This document shows positions 27,483 to 37,441 of a stretch of 64,000 nucleotides of DNA, piece by piece; the stretch's first letter is position 1, and each line of letters starts with the position of its first letter. Under the pieces are notes generated by a model. It was not told where the DNA came from. It was given only the letters and a program-made list of their open reading frames with translations, and did not search any database. The stretch lies in the IMG/VR virus record IMGVR_UViG_3300022866_000322, positions 62,001 to 126,000 of that record; one strand, given 5' to 3'. The translations under genes and the position numbers were made by a program.

Positions 27483-28067
27483 ATGATAATACCTGAACAC
27501 ATATTCTTTACTGGTGTACCCGGATCCCGTTGGAGTGGTATAGCACAAACTATTGAAACCATACCTGGATTTAATACCAGTGACCGTACCCCAGAACGAT
27601 CATACGACCATCATGCTTACAGTGGGCACAAAGGTGCATACTTTGGCAAGGGCATGGAGTTTGACGCTAATCTTAATAGAGGTATAGACTACATAAACCA
27701 AGCGTGGCCAGAACCCGGAGGCCACAAGTTAGTTAAGAGTCATAACTGGGCGTATTTTGCAAGATGGCTTAAAATTAACCATCCGCACAGTTGGGTAATG
27801 CTGGTATATAGATCAGACTTAGCCAGTTACACTTGGTGGCACGAAGCAGGTGGCTTCCAGATAAAGTACCCTTGCTACGATTGGTACGAAAACAGTGCTA
27901 AGATGATGATGGAAATACAGAAACAAAATACAGGTATCTTAGAATATGCATACGAAGCAGGTGCAACATGGGAATACTTTACTCCAGACTGGATTGAACG
28001 TGAGTTTGGACATGCTGTTGACGTTCCTACTATACACAAAGACATATTGGTAACTATAATAAAATGA
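27483..28067 (+). CDS. Hypothetical protein, P-loop/sulfotransferase-like
   Basis: FFTGVPGSRWSGIA N-terminus; LVKSH; VMLVYR. Confidence 0.55.
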   Translation: MIIPEHIFFTGVPGSRWSGIAQTIETIPGFNTSDRTPERSYDHHAYSGHKGAYFGKGMEFDANLNRGIDYINQAWPEPGGHKLVKSHNWAYFARWLKINHPHSWVMLVYRSDLASYTWWHEAGGFQIKYPCYDWYENSAKMMMEIQKQNTGILEYAYEAGATWEYFTPDWIEREFGHAVDVPTIHKDILVTIIK

Positions 28068-28600
28068 TTTTTAAAACAAGTAAGGAACTTATTGTTAATC
28101 CAACACAAGGGTTGTATAAATGGGCAAAGATCTTCAACAGGTTACAAAGAAGATTCTTTGAAGGGCAATACGATCAATTGCGTAGAGAAAGGCAAATACA
28201 CGACTTTCTGTACCTAAACGAATACACGAAACCTCATTACATAACGGATACTGATGTATTTGTAAATGACCCCAAGTACGACATAGATGAAGCAGACATT
28301 ATTGTAATTACAGATCAGAAGTTCAGCAGATCTCCATGTCCTGCTATTGTGGACAATGTTAAAAATCTATTAGATCGGTGTCCGCTGTACTTGTGTCTTA
28401 ATAGATGCTATGTGAACATTGACGACAGTTACCACGACACTACACTAGACTCTAACTTTACGTTGGCAATAACACAGTGGTTAAAGAAATCGCTTGATGC
28501 AGACATCACGGATTTAAGTTTAAACTATGTGGATTACGGAAATGCCTTTACTTGGGCTGTTCCTGACAGACACTATTTTATAAGAAAGCGCAATGCCTAA
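28064..28600 (+). CDS. Hypothetical protein
   Basis: ATGA-coupled ORF in operon. Confidence 0.7.
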   Translation: MIFKTSKELIVNPTQGLYKWAKIFNRLQRRFFEGQYDQLRRERQIHDFLYLNEYTKPHYITDTDVFVNDPKYDIDEADIIVITDQKFSRSPCPAIVDNVKNLLDRCPLYLCLNRCYVNIDDSYHDTTLDSNFTLAITQWLKKSLDADITDLSLNYVDYGNAFTWAVPDRHYFIRKRNA

Positions 28601-29282
28601 ATTACTAGAGTTCTTTGAAGAACAACCAATAAAGTCAGATTGGCGTACACAGTATATTAGATATAGACTGGGGCGTCTGAAACATCAGTATTGGCTATGG
28701 AATCGAAAGAATCCAAGCAAGGCATTGATCGACGAGTATGATTATGCTATACTAGAAAACTGTCAGCCGGGCACTACAGTGTTTTTTGCGAGTTCTGGAT
28801 ACTACTTGAAAGACATATACCCAGAGATCGAAGTTGTAGAAATGCACCCAGTAGTAAAAACATTTTATCCGTCTGTGCATATCTGCAGTGATAGAGACAA
28901 TTTAGAAAATTTATCTATACGTGCAGATAACTTTGCTGTAGTGAACAACCGAGGCGATATATGGACAGAAGCGCACAACATAGCAAAGTATTGTAAGCAG
29001 TACACAAAGATAATGAATCCTGGCTGTAGATTTTTTTACAGTTTTAGAGACACACAAGTATCGGATATCAACAGGTTAACAATTAACTTAGAAGATTACT
29101 TTCTTGATTGGGCACAGAATGTCGCAAAAGATAACGATATGCAATTAGTTTGGCACAATATTGATTTTAGAAAGAAACAAGCTCAACCTGACGGCAGTTA
29201 TGATGCTTTAGAAAATCCAGATACCACAAACGGAAATTTAAAGTTTTGGTTTGTGTATAAAGGGGAACCATGGAAAATGTAA
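28593..29282 (+). CDS. Hypothetical protein (possible degenerate methyltransferase fold)
   Basis: Coupled ORF; IMNPGCRFFYSF resembles the LkPGG motif of methyltransferases. Confidence 0.55.
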   Translation: MPKLLEFFEEQPIKSDWRTQYIRYRLGRLKHQYWLWNRKNPSKALIDEYDYAILENCQPGTTVFFASSGYYLKDIYPEIEVVEMHPVVKTFYPSVHICSDRDNLENLSIRADNFAVVNNRGDIWTEAHNIAKYCKQYTKIMNPGCRFFYSFRDTQVSDINRLTINLEDYFLDWAQNVAKDNDMQLVWHNIDFRKKQAQPDGSYDALENPDTTNGNLKFWFVYKGEPWKM

Positions 29283-29815
29283 CAACCTATTTTATTGTAG
29301 CATACGCTGGCGGCACTGCTGGCGATTTGATCACAGCATTACTGAATCCTACGGATGTGCAGTTAGATGGTGCCAGGGTGATAGTCCCAGATCATAGAAT
29401 AAAATTAAAAAAGCCAGGTAGATTTCAAGATGACGTAGCCAAAGATAAGTATATACAAGAGTTTAAGAACACAGTTAGTTTATCAAGTCACGATCTAGAA
29501 TACCATATCAGAAATCATCACCCATTCATTGGCATAACTGTCAGGTATAAATTAGCATACTGGGCTGCCAACCGATTTAAAGAATTGCATAGCGATCGTA
29601 TATGGGAACAGTTAGGAAACGGTACAGTAGAAGACTATGCCGAAGATTTGCTTGATATCAGTAAATCGTTGATTACAAAAAATGCAAGTCATGTTTTACA
29701 GTTGGAAGATATCGCGAATGGCTTAGCCATCGAAAAACTAAGAGAGTTTTCTACAATACCAAAACAGTCAGAAGAATTTTATGATTCCTGGTTGCAAGCG
29801 AACGGATTCAAATGA
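29270..29815 (+). CDS. Hypothetical protein, P-loop/sulfotransferase-like
   Basis: IVAYAGGTAGDLITALL N-terminus; LSSHD. Confidence 0.55.
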   Translation: MENVTTYFIVAYAGGTAGDLITALLNPTDVQLDGARVIVPDHRIKLKKPGRFQDDVAKDKYIQEFKNTVSLSSHDLEYHIRNHHPFIGITVRYKLAYWAANRFKELHSDRIWEQLGNGTVEDYAEDLLDISKSLITKNASHVLQLEDIANGLAIEKLREFSTIPKQSEEFYDSWLQANGFK

Positions 29816-30045
29816 AAAGAGATCACATTTGGTACATTAAATACGCTAGTGCAATTGTAATACTAATTGCAATGGTTTTCCATGTTAACGGTTGGACACC
29901 CTGGAACAGTTTTTTACAACTGGTGGGTGCGTGTGGGTGGATGTACGTTGGGTACCGTTGGCGGGAGTGGTCAATGTTATTGAACTTTATACCACAAATT
30001 TTTATAATAATTCCAATATTAACATACACGTACTACTTTAAGTAA
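29812..30045 (+). CDS. Small membrane protein (about 3 TM)
   Basis: Hydrophobic, Trp-rich; similar in type to 939-1163. Confidence 0.7.
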   Translation: MKRDHIWYIKYASAIVILIAMVFHVNGWTPWNSFLQLVGACGWMYVGYRWREWSMLLNFIPQIFIIIPILTYTYYFK

Positions 30046-30054
30046 GGATTTGCA

Positions 30055-30729
30055 ATGGCTGCAATGCTACACGTTAAAAATGAATTTGTTACACAAGACC
30101 GTTGGCCGTTAAAGCTAACTAAATTAGAACCCAATGAACAGCGTAGTTTTCCTGCAACCGACGGAACATACTATGTGCTACTACGTAATGCCACGTACCT
30201 AAGTAACGATGCAGTCTTTTATCACGTTATGGGAGCGTTTGGAGTTAACAACGAATTTACCATCGAGTGCAATCAAGATAGTCACGCCGTGGTAATAGAG
30301 TACAAAGGCATACACTTATTAGAAAATCGTTACTACCTGCAAAATGATCTCGGTGTTGGAAATTTAAGTTACATGGATGGTGGTACAAATACTACAGCAG
30401 TTAACCCTAGTAGGCTAGGAGATCCTGTAGTTAACTACGTGCATTTCCCAAACAAAATGTATCAAACACTGCATACACATCCTAGTCATCGTATCGGACT
30501 GATACTGCGTGGCAGTGGTCATATTGAGTTAGATAATGACGAAATATTTGATATCGAAACAGGAGATGTTTTTTGGATGCCACGCAATACACTGCACAAC
30601 TTCTGCTGTCAAAAAGGTGAGCATGTTGAGTTATTTGTATTTGCACCCGATTCAGGCACAGGCCCAACAGACGAAGTTAATCCATTAAAAATTAGGACCT
30701 ACGTTGGACAGCAACGCTATGCAAAATAA
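30055..30729 (+). CDS. Cupin-domain protein
   Basis: QTLHTHPSHRIGLILRGSG and GDVFWMPRNTLHNF metal-binding cupin motifs. Confidence 0.8.
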   Translation: MAAMLHVKNEFVTQDRWPLKLTKLEPNEQRSFPATDGTYYVLLRNATYLSNDAVFYHVMGAFGVNNEFTIECNQDSHAVVIEYKGIHLLENRYYLQNDLGVGNLSYMDGGTNTTAVNPSRLGDPVVNYVHFPNKMYQTLHTHPSHRIGLILRGSGHIELDNDEIFDIETGDVFWMPRNTLHNFCCQKGEHVELFVFAPDSGTGPTDEVNPLKIRTYVGQQRYAK

Positions 30730-31423
30730 AAAATTATTAATAACCACGGGCCCGCAAGGGTCAGGCAACCACTTGTTTGGCAGACTGTTGAGTCTACATC
30801 CTGATGTCGAAGGGTGGGAAGAACTGGTAGACAAGTACTGGGTACCAAGTGACTTAGAGCCGTTTGCTGAATACTGGGTCTACCCAGAAAGACTTACAGC
30901 AGAAAAGTTTACAGGCAAGAACTATTTCCTTGCTAATGTTAGTTGCCCGTTTATGTATGATGGTGTACGCTATGTGCCTAAAATATTAGAAGTTGCTGAC
31001 CGTAGCCGTGAACTAGGTGTAGATGTTGAAATTGCTATTATTGTGCGTGATCAAAACATAAATGCTGAACAGCAAAAACGTGTGCGTGGAGAAGTAACAA
31101 CACCTATAGCACAGGACTACTACTACAACACGCTACTTGCAAGTGACCACAGTGTGCATTTTTTAGACCACGAAGCATTTTTCCTGCACAAACAGCATTA
31201 CTTGAAGTGGATCAGTAAAATTTTAAACTTCCCTGTCGAAGTTAATCAAAATAAGATAAATAAATTTATAGATACAGATGCAAACCACAAGTACGTGAAG
31301 TATGTACAAGAATATTGGTTAGATCAAGAAGTATGGTCAGGCATCCAATCTAAATCTTCCCGTGGCTTAAACCAAAAAAACATAAATAATATTGTATCGA
31401 TACAGAGGAGTATACAAAAATGA
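30719..31423 (+). CDS. P-loop/sulfotransferase-like protein
   Basis: LITTGPQGSGNHLFGRLLSLHP; IIVRD. Start moved to ATG 30719. Confidence 0.6.
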   Translation: MQNKKLLITTGPQGSGNHLFGRLLSLHPDVEGWEELVDKYWVPSDLEPFAEYWVYPERLTAEKFTGKNYFLANVSCPFMYDGVRYVPKILEVADRSRELGVDVEIAIIVRDQNINAEQQKRVRGEVTTPIAQDYYYNTLLASDHSVHFLDHEAFFLHKQHYLKWISKILNFPVEVNQNKINKFIDTDANHKYVKYVQEYWLDQEVWSGIQSKSSRGLNQKNINNIVSIQRSIQK

Positions 31424-32115
31424 ACGCAAAGAAATTCGTAGAAGACATTGTTGCTGACAACCAAGCACTTTTCCGTGCTAGTCAACTCAACGTTAAGTCC
31501 TACTTTGACAGCAAGCCAGATCAGTCTGAATTAGTAGAACATTTCATCGGTCGTATGGTTAACGAGCGTATGAACATGGTAGAAATTGCTCAACAGGTTG
31601 CTAACATGCCTGCTGATGCAGATGCAGAAGAACTACAACTTTTAACAAAACAAGCTCACGATGAAGCTGTACACTTTAAACTAGTTAAAGATGTTATTGA
31701 GCACATCACAGGCGAAGAGTTAGACGTTAACGCCGCTATTGCCGCTGAACAAGCAAAGCCAACTGCTAAAGGTGCAAGCCTTTTAGCTAAGTATGGTGCT
31801 GACACAGATCCAGCCGCTCTTGCTGCCTATCAGTTAGTAGCTGAAGGTCGTGCAGAAGCAGTTTGGGACCAAATGGCAGATTCAATTGAAGACGAATTCA
31901 TCTCAAGTGCATACGCAAAAATTGCACGTGACGAAGGATTCCACGCAACAATTGGAGCACGTAAGTTGGCGTCATTGGCTGGTAGCGATGACGAGCAAGC
32001 ACGTATTTTAGGCTTAGTTGCTGAAATGCGTAAAGACCTTTATCAAGTAAGTTGCTTAAACACAACTCCTACAGAAGAAGGTCGTCAACTTGTAGCAGAC
32101 GCTTACGGTTGGTAA
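31420..32115 (+). CDS. Ferritin-like di-iron protein
   Basis: Two ExxH motifs (DEAVH, DEGFH) plus upstream Glu helices (ERMNMVE, EGRA); ATAAATA at 31382 and strong GAGGAG SD. Confidence 0.8.
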   Translation: MNAKKFVEDIVADNQALFRASQLNVKSYFDSKPDQSELVEHFIGRMVNERMNMVEIAQQVANMPADADAEELQLLTKQAHDEAVHFKLVKDVIEHITGEELDVNAAIAAEQAKPTAKGASLLAKYGADTDPAALAAYQLVAEGRAEAVWDQMADSIEDEFISSAYAKIARDEGFHATIGARKLASLAGSDDEQARILGLVAEMRKDLYQVSCLNTTPTEEGRQLVADAYGW

Positions 32116-32116
32116 T

Positions 32117-32674
32117 ATGCGTATAGGACTTAGTCAAAGAGTCCTGTTGCACAAAAATAGAGCGTATGATTCACTAGATCAAGGTTGGTACCGATATCTA
32201 AAGGATCATACGCTCTTTGCTGTCCCAAATAATCCAGATCAATTAGACTTTGGGAAACTTTCAAAAGAACTAGATGCTTTTATTATCACAGGCGGTGATG
32301 ATAGCACAGTTCGTAGAGTGACAGAGACCAGATTAGCCACACACATGTTAGCCAAACATAAACCTATAATAGGTATATGCCATGGAGCCTTCTTGCTAAC
32401 AGAATTAATGGGCGGAAAGTTAATGGAAGTAGAGCAACATACAGACACAGAGCATGTTGTTAACTACTTTGGTGACTTAAAAACAGTAAACAGTTTCCAC
32501 TCTTGGGGAATAGTAGAACCGCACAACACAGCGACCACATTAGTAACAGACTTGAATGGCAATTGCGAAGCATGGATAGACAACAGAGCACCATTAGCTG
32601 GAATAGTATGGCACCCAGAGCGTATGCAAGATCCTTGGATTCCAGACGAGATATCTACATTTTTTAATATATGA
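32117..32674 (+). CDS. Class I glutamine amidotransferase-like hydrolase (peptidase C26; Cj1417-like)
   Basis: IGLSQRV, ITGGDD, IGICHGA (Cys nucleophile), VNSFH, WHPER. Confidence 0.85.
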   Translation: MRIGLSQRVLLHKNRAYDSLDQGWYRYLKDHTLFAVPNNPDQLDFGKLSKELDAFIITGGDDSTVRRVTETRLATHMLAKHKPIIGICHGAFLLTELMGGKLMEVEQHTDTEHVVNYFGDLKTVNSFHSWGIVEPHNTATTLVTDLNGNCEAWIDNRAPLAGIVWHPERMQDPWIPDEISTFFNI

Positions 32675-33669
32675 ATATAGAAATAGATTTTATTGGGGGG
32701 ACCCATGGCCATTATCTATCATTTTTAATTAATAAATTATTGTTGGGTGATAAAATACCAATGGATCATCCTTTTACTGATTTAGGAACAGCACACAGTT
32801 TCAGCGATCTAAATATGCTTGTCGCATGCGGCCATTGGAGTGCGCCTAATTTAAACAAAAAGCAATGGTGGGTTGAAGGCAAACCACTCACCTTAAGTGA
32901 CAATATTATTAGAATAACAGTTGAGGAAGAGGATCAACTGCCTATTATTCAACTTCAGTTTCACAGAGGTGGTGATAGGGGGTGCGACCCAGCTTTCTTA
33001 CAAACCAATACCTATCATAAATTAAAAGGGAGAAAAATAGGGTTAGGTGATACTATGCTCGCAGATATTAATATAATGTATAACAACGTTGATTATAATA
33101 ACGCCGACACTGTTTTTTCTGCTGACTGCTGGGAGGATGCGCTAACGCAAGAGGGTAAATTATTTTGTCTAGACAAACAAAACCCTGATTGCCCTAAGAA
33201 CATATTAAGGGATTATTTTAAAAACATGTTTAATCAAATAACACCCACAAATCATAATAATGGGTTTCAAAAATGCTTAAGAATATACAACCCTGCCTGG
33301 CCCAATTTGGCTGGCAAAAATATATATCATCTACCATATCAAAGTTTCTATGATCAAACTAAGTTTATAGCAGAAATTAACAAGATTAAAGAATACTTTA
33401 ATTTAAATTTTAAAAGTTTTAATATAGAAAACTTACACACTACTTTTCTTAATAAACAACCGTATAAGGATAGCAAGGAAAAGGTTGCAATAATAATAAG
33501 CAACATACTACAAAACAAAGACTACAAGATACATGAGTTAGATGTTATTCATGAAGGCTATATTAACAGCCAAATTGAAAAATTAATTAAGATAAAATTG
33601 CCCATAGGCCCTGTTAATTTCCCCACAACTGTTAACAACCTAGTAAAACAATACAGGCTAAATAAGTAG
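32671..33669 (+). CDS. Hypothetical protein, P-loop/sulfotransferase-like N-terminus
   Basis: IDFIGGTHGHYLSFLINKLL. Confidence 0.55.
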   Translation: MNIEIDFIGGTHGHYLSFLINKLLLGDKIPMDHPFTDLGTAHSFSDLNMLVACGHWSAPNLNKKQWWVEGKPLTLSDNIIRITVEEEDQLPIIQLQFHRGGDRGCDPAFLQTNTYHKLKGRKIGLGDTMLADINIMYNNVDYNNADTVFSADCWEDALTQEGKLFCLDKQNPDCPKNILRDYFKNMFNQITPTNHNNGFQKCLRIYNPAWPNLAGKNIYHLPYQSFYDQTKFIAEINKIKEYFNLNFKSFNIENLHTTFLNKQPYKDSKEKVAIIISNILQNKDYKIHELDVIHEGYINSQIEKLIKIKLPIGPVNFPTTVNNLVKQYRLNK

Positions 33670-33684
33670 TACTGGAATACATTT

Positions 33685-34260
33685 ATGGAAAAAAAGAATT
33701 TACATATTAAAGATGCTATAGAAAATACTAAAGCTCTTCAAATGACTGATAGTTCAGTTGCAACACTGTTAGACTTTGAACGTGTAATTGACGAACTTGA
33801 CTGTTATGCGTTTGCTAATTGGAAAAACGGAGAACTGGTAGAAGGTCCGAAGTACGAGCGTTACTTTGTTACCTGCACCTTTATGTGGCCTTATAAGGCA
33901 ATGCCTGACCCACGTGCCGGCGAGCGTCTACTAGATTACGGTTGTAAAGTTAAATATCGTAAAGACGTATTTGAATATCCAATAAAAGTAAAAAGTCCAG
34001 ATGACTTTACACCTGGCACCAAGATGCCTAAATTATCCAAGACACCAATTTGGCTAGTTGAAATTGTTATGCCTAAACAACTTATGCAAGAGATTAATCA
34101 AGGCAGTGTTGAACTTATTAGTGGTAGCGTTGACGCAGAGGACATTGAAGCAAGTTACGAAGAAGGCTTAGACGACAACATGTACAAAACAGACGGCCAG
34201 GCACAAGGAACTGCTAGTAGTGGTGCAGATGACAACCCAGACGGACAGATGAATGACTAA
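33685..34260 (+). CDS. Hypothetical phage protein, probably late
   Basis: CTAAATA at 33658-33664; Trp/Pro-rich core. Confidence 0.75.
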   Translation: MEKKNLHIKDAIENTKALQMTDSSVATLLDFERVIDELDCYAFANWKNGELVEGPKYERYFVTCTFMWPYKAMPDPRAGERLLDYGCKVKYRKDVFEYPIKVKSPDDFTPGTKMPKLSKTPIWLVEIVMPKQLMQEINQGSVELISGSVDAEDIEASYEEGLDDNMYKTDGQAQGTASSGADDNPDGQMND

Positions 34261-34801
34261 ACTATTTGAAGGCTTAGAGCAAAACGACCTAGCACGATTA
34301 GTTGCACCGTCTTTACATTTTGACGAGTACGAAAGCAAAATGGGCAAGGATGAAGATGTTTGTGTTGTAAGTTATAAAGTAACTGGGAAGTTACCTGCAC
34401 AGGATCTTGTTAACTTTATAGAAAAAGGTTACGAGTGGTGTATTGATGCTGACATTAGTGCTGGTGAATTAGAAGATGGCGATTACTTGGTATTCGTTGA
34501 AATAGAACGCACAAAAGATTTACCTGATCAGGTTATGCAAATGGTCAATGACGTCCTTAATCTCACAGGACAAAAAATTGGTGAGTGGAAGATGCGTATT
34601 CGTTCAGATAAAACAGACCATGAGTTGACTGAAGAAAACATTGCGCAGATGGTCCCATTAAGTAAACAGGATTATCGTGCAAGATATGGCACAGATAAAA
34701 AACTCGACGAAATGCGTACTGCCGCTGGCGTTACAGTAAACACCAAAGCTGAAAAGAACGACCGCACACAAAAATTACGAGCCCAGGCCGGAATCCTTTA
34801 A
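34253..34801 (+). CDS. Hypothetical protein
   Basis: Coupled ORF; N-terminal MTKLFE resembles the L-x-E head-protein motif. Confidence 0.7.
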   Translation: MTKLFEGLEQNDLARLVAPSLHFDEYESKMGKDEDVCVVSYKVTGKLPAQDLVNFIEKGYEWCIDADISAGELEDGDYLVFVEIERTKDLPDQVMQMVNDVLNLTGQKIGEWKMRIRSDKTDHELTEENIAQMVPLSKQDYRARYGTDKKLDEMRTAAGVTVNTKAEKNDRTQKLRAQAGIL

Positions 34802-34809
34802 ATAACTGC

Positions 34810-35691
34810 ATGATTGATTTAGTCACGGTGGTCTATCGACTTGAGATATCTCTCCTTGAGTTACAAGCCAAATCCATTGACACATACTTCGAAGATAACT
34901 TCATAAACAGTATAACTGTTGTTGTGAACGACAACGACAGTGTTTGTGATCTAATAGACAAGTCGTGGTGGGGGAAGTATAAACACATAGTAACAATAGT
35001 TCCTTATTCTGTTTACGGATACACATGTAGGATAAACGGATGGGAGAATCAACAGTTGTGTAAACTATTATCTGTTTCACGTTGCTTGATGCCGTGGGTT
35101 ATAATATTAGATGCTAAGACACTGTTTGTTAAGCCTTGCACATCTCAGCTTATGTTTACTGGCGATAAATGTAATTCACGTCTAATAAACATATTTCCTC
35201 AATTTGTAGAAGCACAACAATCTTTAGAAAAGATGTTTGATATATCTTTTACAAAAGCAATCGGACCTGGTGGTGTTCCGTTTGTAATGCACACCGATAC
35301 TGTTAGAAGTATGATCGCATACATAGAGTCAAATTTTGAAACAACATTTGATGACTTTTTCCAAACCAAATGCAGATACCCGGACTTAATTACTGAATTT
35401 TATCTTTATTCAGCTTATGTACAATATCGATACGGAAATAGTACTTTGCTTTATTCTAACACACAAGACTGGGATTGCGTAAATTTGGCAGACTGGCAGG
35501 TCGACGAATTTGATAGAATATATCACGAAATGAGTTTGCCTACAACATTAACGGTATCAGTACATGCACAAGCATGGAATCTATTATCACAGCAACAAAA
35601 GTTCCTATACCTCGAACTACTAGAATCTAAAAAAATAATAAATGACCCCAAACACACCCTTGATAAACTAAATACAGTTGTTATCAATTAA
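34810..35691 (+). CDS. GT-A glycosyltransferase-like protein
   Basis: DLVTVVY...WENQQLCKL...IILDAKTLFV (DxD-like position), TEFYLYSAY. Confidence 0.6.
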   Translation: MIDLVTVVYRLEISLLELQAKSIDTYFEDNFINSITVVVNDNDSVCDLIDKSWWGKYKHIVTIVPYSVYGYTCRINGWENQQLCKLLSVSRCLMPWVIILDAKTLFVKPCTSQLMFTGDKCNSRLINIFPQFVEAQQSLEKMFDISFTKAIGPGGVPFVMHTDTVRSMIAYIESNFETTFDDFFQTKCRYPDLITEFYLYSAYVQYRYGNSTLLYSNTQDWDCVNLADWQVDEFDRIYHEMSLPTTLTVSVHAQAWNLLSQQQKFLYLELLESKKIINDPKHTLDKLNTVVIN

Positions 35692-35702
35692 AGGGTGAGA
35701 AA

Positions 35703-36077
35703 ATGCGATTATTAGTAACCATGTTGCTCACAGCAACATTGTTGGGTTGCTCTACAGTAGACAAAGCACAAACACAATTTTATACATGGATGCCCAAAGA
35801 TCATGACGTGATGATGTTTGACCGTCTTGTGAGTATAGACTTGGCGATTGAGCGTATCAACTGTGATGCACCAGACTGGTTTTATATACAAGGTATGGTT
35901 GATCATTTAGAACGTTATGCACAATATCGTTATGATCAACAACTGGAAAACTTACAAGGATTAAGTGCGCACATAACCAAACTGTCCACAAACACAAATC
36001 CTGTATTTTGTAAAATAGGTAAGAAAACAGCCAACAGCAGAATTGATGCTGTTGCAAAAGCATGGAGGAATAGATAA
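35703..36077 (+). CDS. Putative lipoprotein
   Basis: MRLLVTMLLTATLLGC signal with lipobox. Confidence 0.7.
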   Translation: MRLLVTMLLTATLLGCSTVDKAQTQFYTWMPKDHDVMMFDRLVSIDLAIERINCDAPDWFYIQGMVDHLERYAQYRYDQQLENLQGLSAHITKLSTNTNPVFCKIGKKTANSRIDAVAKAWRNR

Positions 36078-36271
36078 TGGCCAAGCATGAACTAGAAGAA
36101 ACAATAGAACAGATATCAGAAGAATACAAAGCAGGTAACCTCAACAAGGACGAACGTGATTACTTGCTAACAGAAATACGAGATGTACAGGCAGCAGAGA
36201 GTTGCGCAGGAAACGAAAATCTATTACGTAACATTGTAAAGAGTTGCAATGTTGCTATGTCAATTTTATAG
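36077..36271 (+). CDS. Small hypothetical protein
   Basis: TAATG-coupled ORF. Confidence 0.65.
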   Translation: MAKHELEETIEQISEEYKAGNLNKDERDYLLTEIRDVQAAESCAGNENLLRNIVKSCNVAMSIL

Positions 36272-36279
36272 GATAACAA

Positions 36280-36744
36280 ATGAAACTATCAAAGAACTTT
36301 TCACTTCAAGAATTTACAAAATCACAAACAGCACTAAGACAAGGCATTGACAATACACCCAATGACGAACATTTAAAAGCCGCCCAGGGACTATTTGAAA
36401 ACGTGGTACAAAAAGTTAGAGATAACTTTGGTCCTACTGTTATCAACAGTGGCTATCGTGGCCAAGCCTTAAATGAAGCAGTAGGTGGAAGCAGTCGTTC
36501 ACAGCATTGCAAAGGTGAAGCGGTGGATATCGAAGTTCCTGGTGTGCCAAACGCAGAAGTTGCACAATGGATCGTGGACAACACAGACTTTGACCAAGTG
36601 ATCCTGGAGTTTTACACACCAGGTATTCCTGATTCAGGTTGGGTACATGTAAGTTATAACTCAAAGACTTTTCAACGTAAAAGCATTCTCACAGCACTAA
36701 AAGAAGATGGTAAAACTGTGTACAAGCAAGGGTTAGTTACGTAA
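36280..36744 (+). CDS. Peptidase M15A endolysin candidate
   Basis: LSKNFSLQEFTKS, INSGYR, SQHCKGEAVD, WVHVS zinc-peptidase motifs. Confidence 0.88.
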   Translation: MKLSKNFSLQEFTKSQTALRQGIDNTPNDEHLKAAQGLFENVVQKVRDNFGPTVINSGYRGQALNEAVGGSSRSQHCKGEAVDIEVPGVPNAEVAQWIVDNTDFDQVILEFYTPGIPDSGWVHVSYNSKTFQRKSILTALKEDGKTVYKQGLVT

Positions 36745-36745
36745 C

Positions 36746-37432
36746 ATGAATACTGTTATAGTAGAACCTAACGCATATACAGGTTCTTACCTGGTGCAAA
36801 CCATTGCCTTAAACTTAACACAACCGGATTTATCAATGAAGTCTGTCAGTGAGGAACTTGAAGATATATTTGATAACTCGAGTAGACATTTTGTTAACAA
36901 CATGATAAGTCTACACATAGAAGAAAGATGGTTAAATCGTGTTCTTGTATCAGTTGACAATTTATCTATTTTGCGCACAAGACTCTTAACCAAACTTACC
37001 GAAGAAAATTTTAAAGTTTTATACATCACATACGAAAAAGATGATATAATTGCGCTGAGAAAAAAAAGGCACACAGTAGAAAAATTAGATGATTTTGATA
37101 TAGAGAAACATCTGTCAGCGATGTCAGAAAAGATGTATAATTTTTGTAGGGCAGATAGTCATCCAACCTGGGAAGAATTCAAGGCCGGAGATATTCATCC
37201 AGAATTTTTATGTAACCCCAATGACGTTGATATAGTCAACGATCCGTTAAGTGATTGGGTGTATGATGTACCAAGTAAGAACGAGCTTTGTCACGAAATT
37301 AAATTTAATAGCATTTTAAATGGTTATGATATCGTTAATGACATAGCAAATTTTTTAAAAGTAAAAAACATAACAGATCAAAAATCTCTATTAGACGAAT
37401 ATAGAGAAAAATTTTTCGAAGTAGACTATTAG
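36746..37432 (+). CDS. Hypothetical protein
   Basis: EPNAYTGSYLVQTI N-terminus resembles the P-loop-like family at 27-33 kb. Confidence 0.6.
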   Translation: MNTVIVEPNAYTGSYLVQTIALNLTQPDLSMKSVSEELEDIFDNSSRHFVNNMISLHIEERWLNRVLVSVDNLSILRTRLLTKLTEENFKVLYITYEKDDIIALRKKRHTVEKLDDFDIEKHLSAMSEKMYNFCRADSHPTWEEFKAGDIHPEFLCNPNDVDIVNDPLSDWVYDVPSKNELCHEIKFNSILNGYDIVNDIANFLKVKNITDQKSLLDEYREKFFEVDY

Positions 37433-37441
37433 GATAAAATT

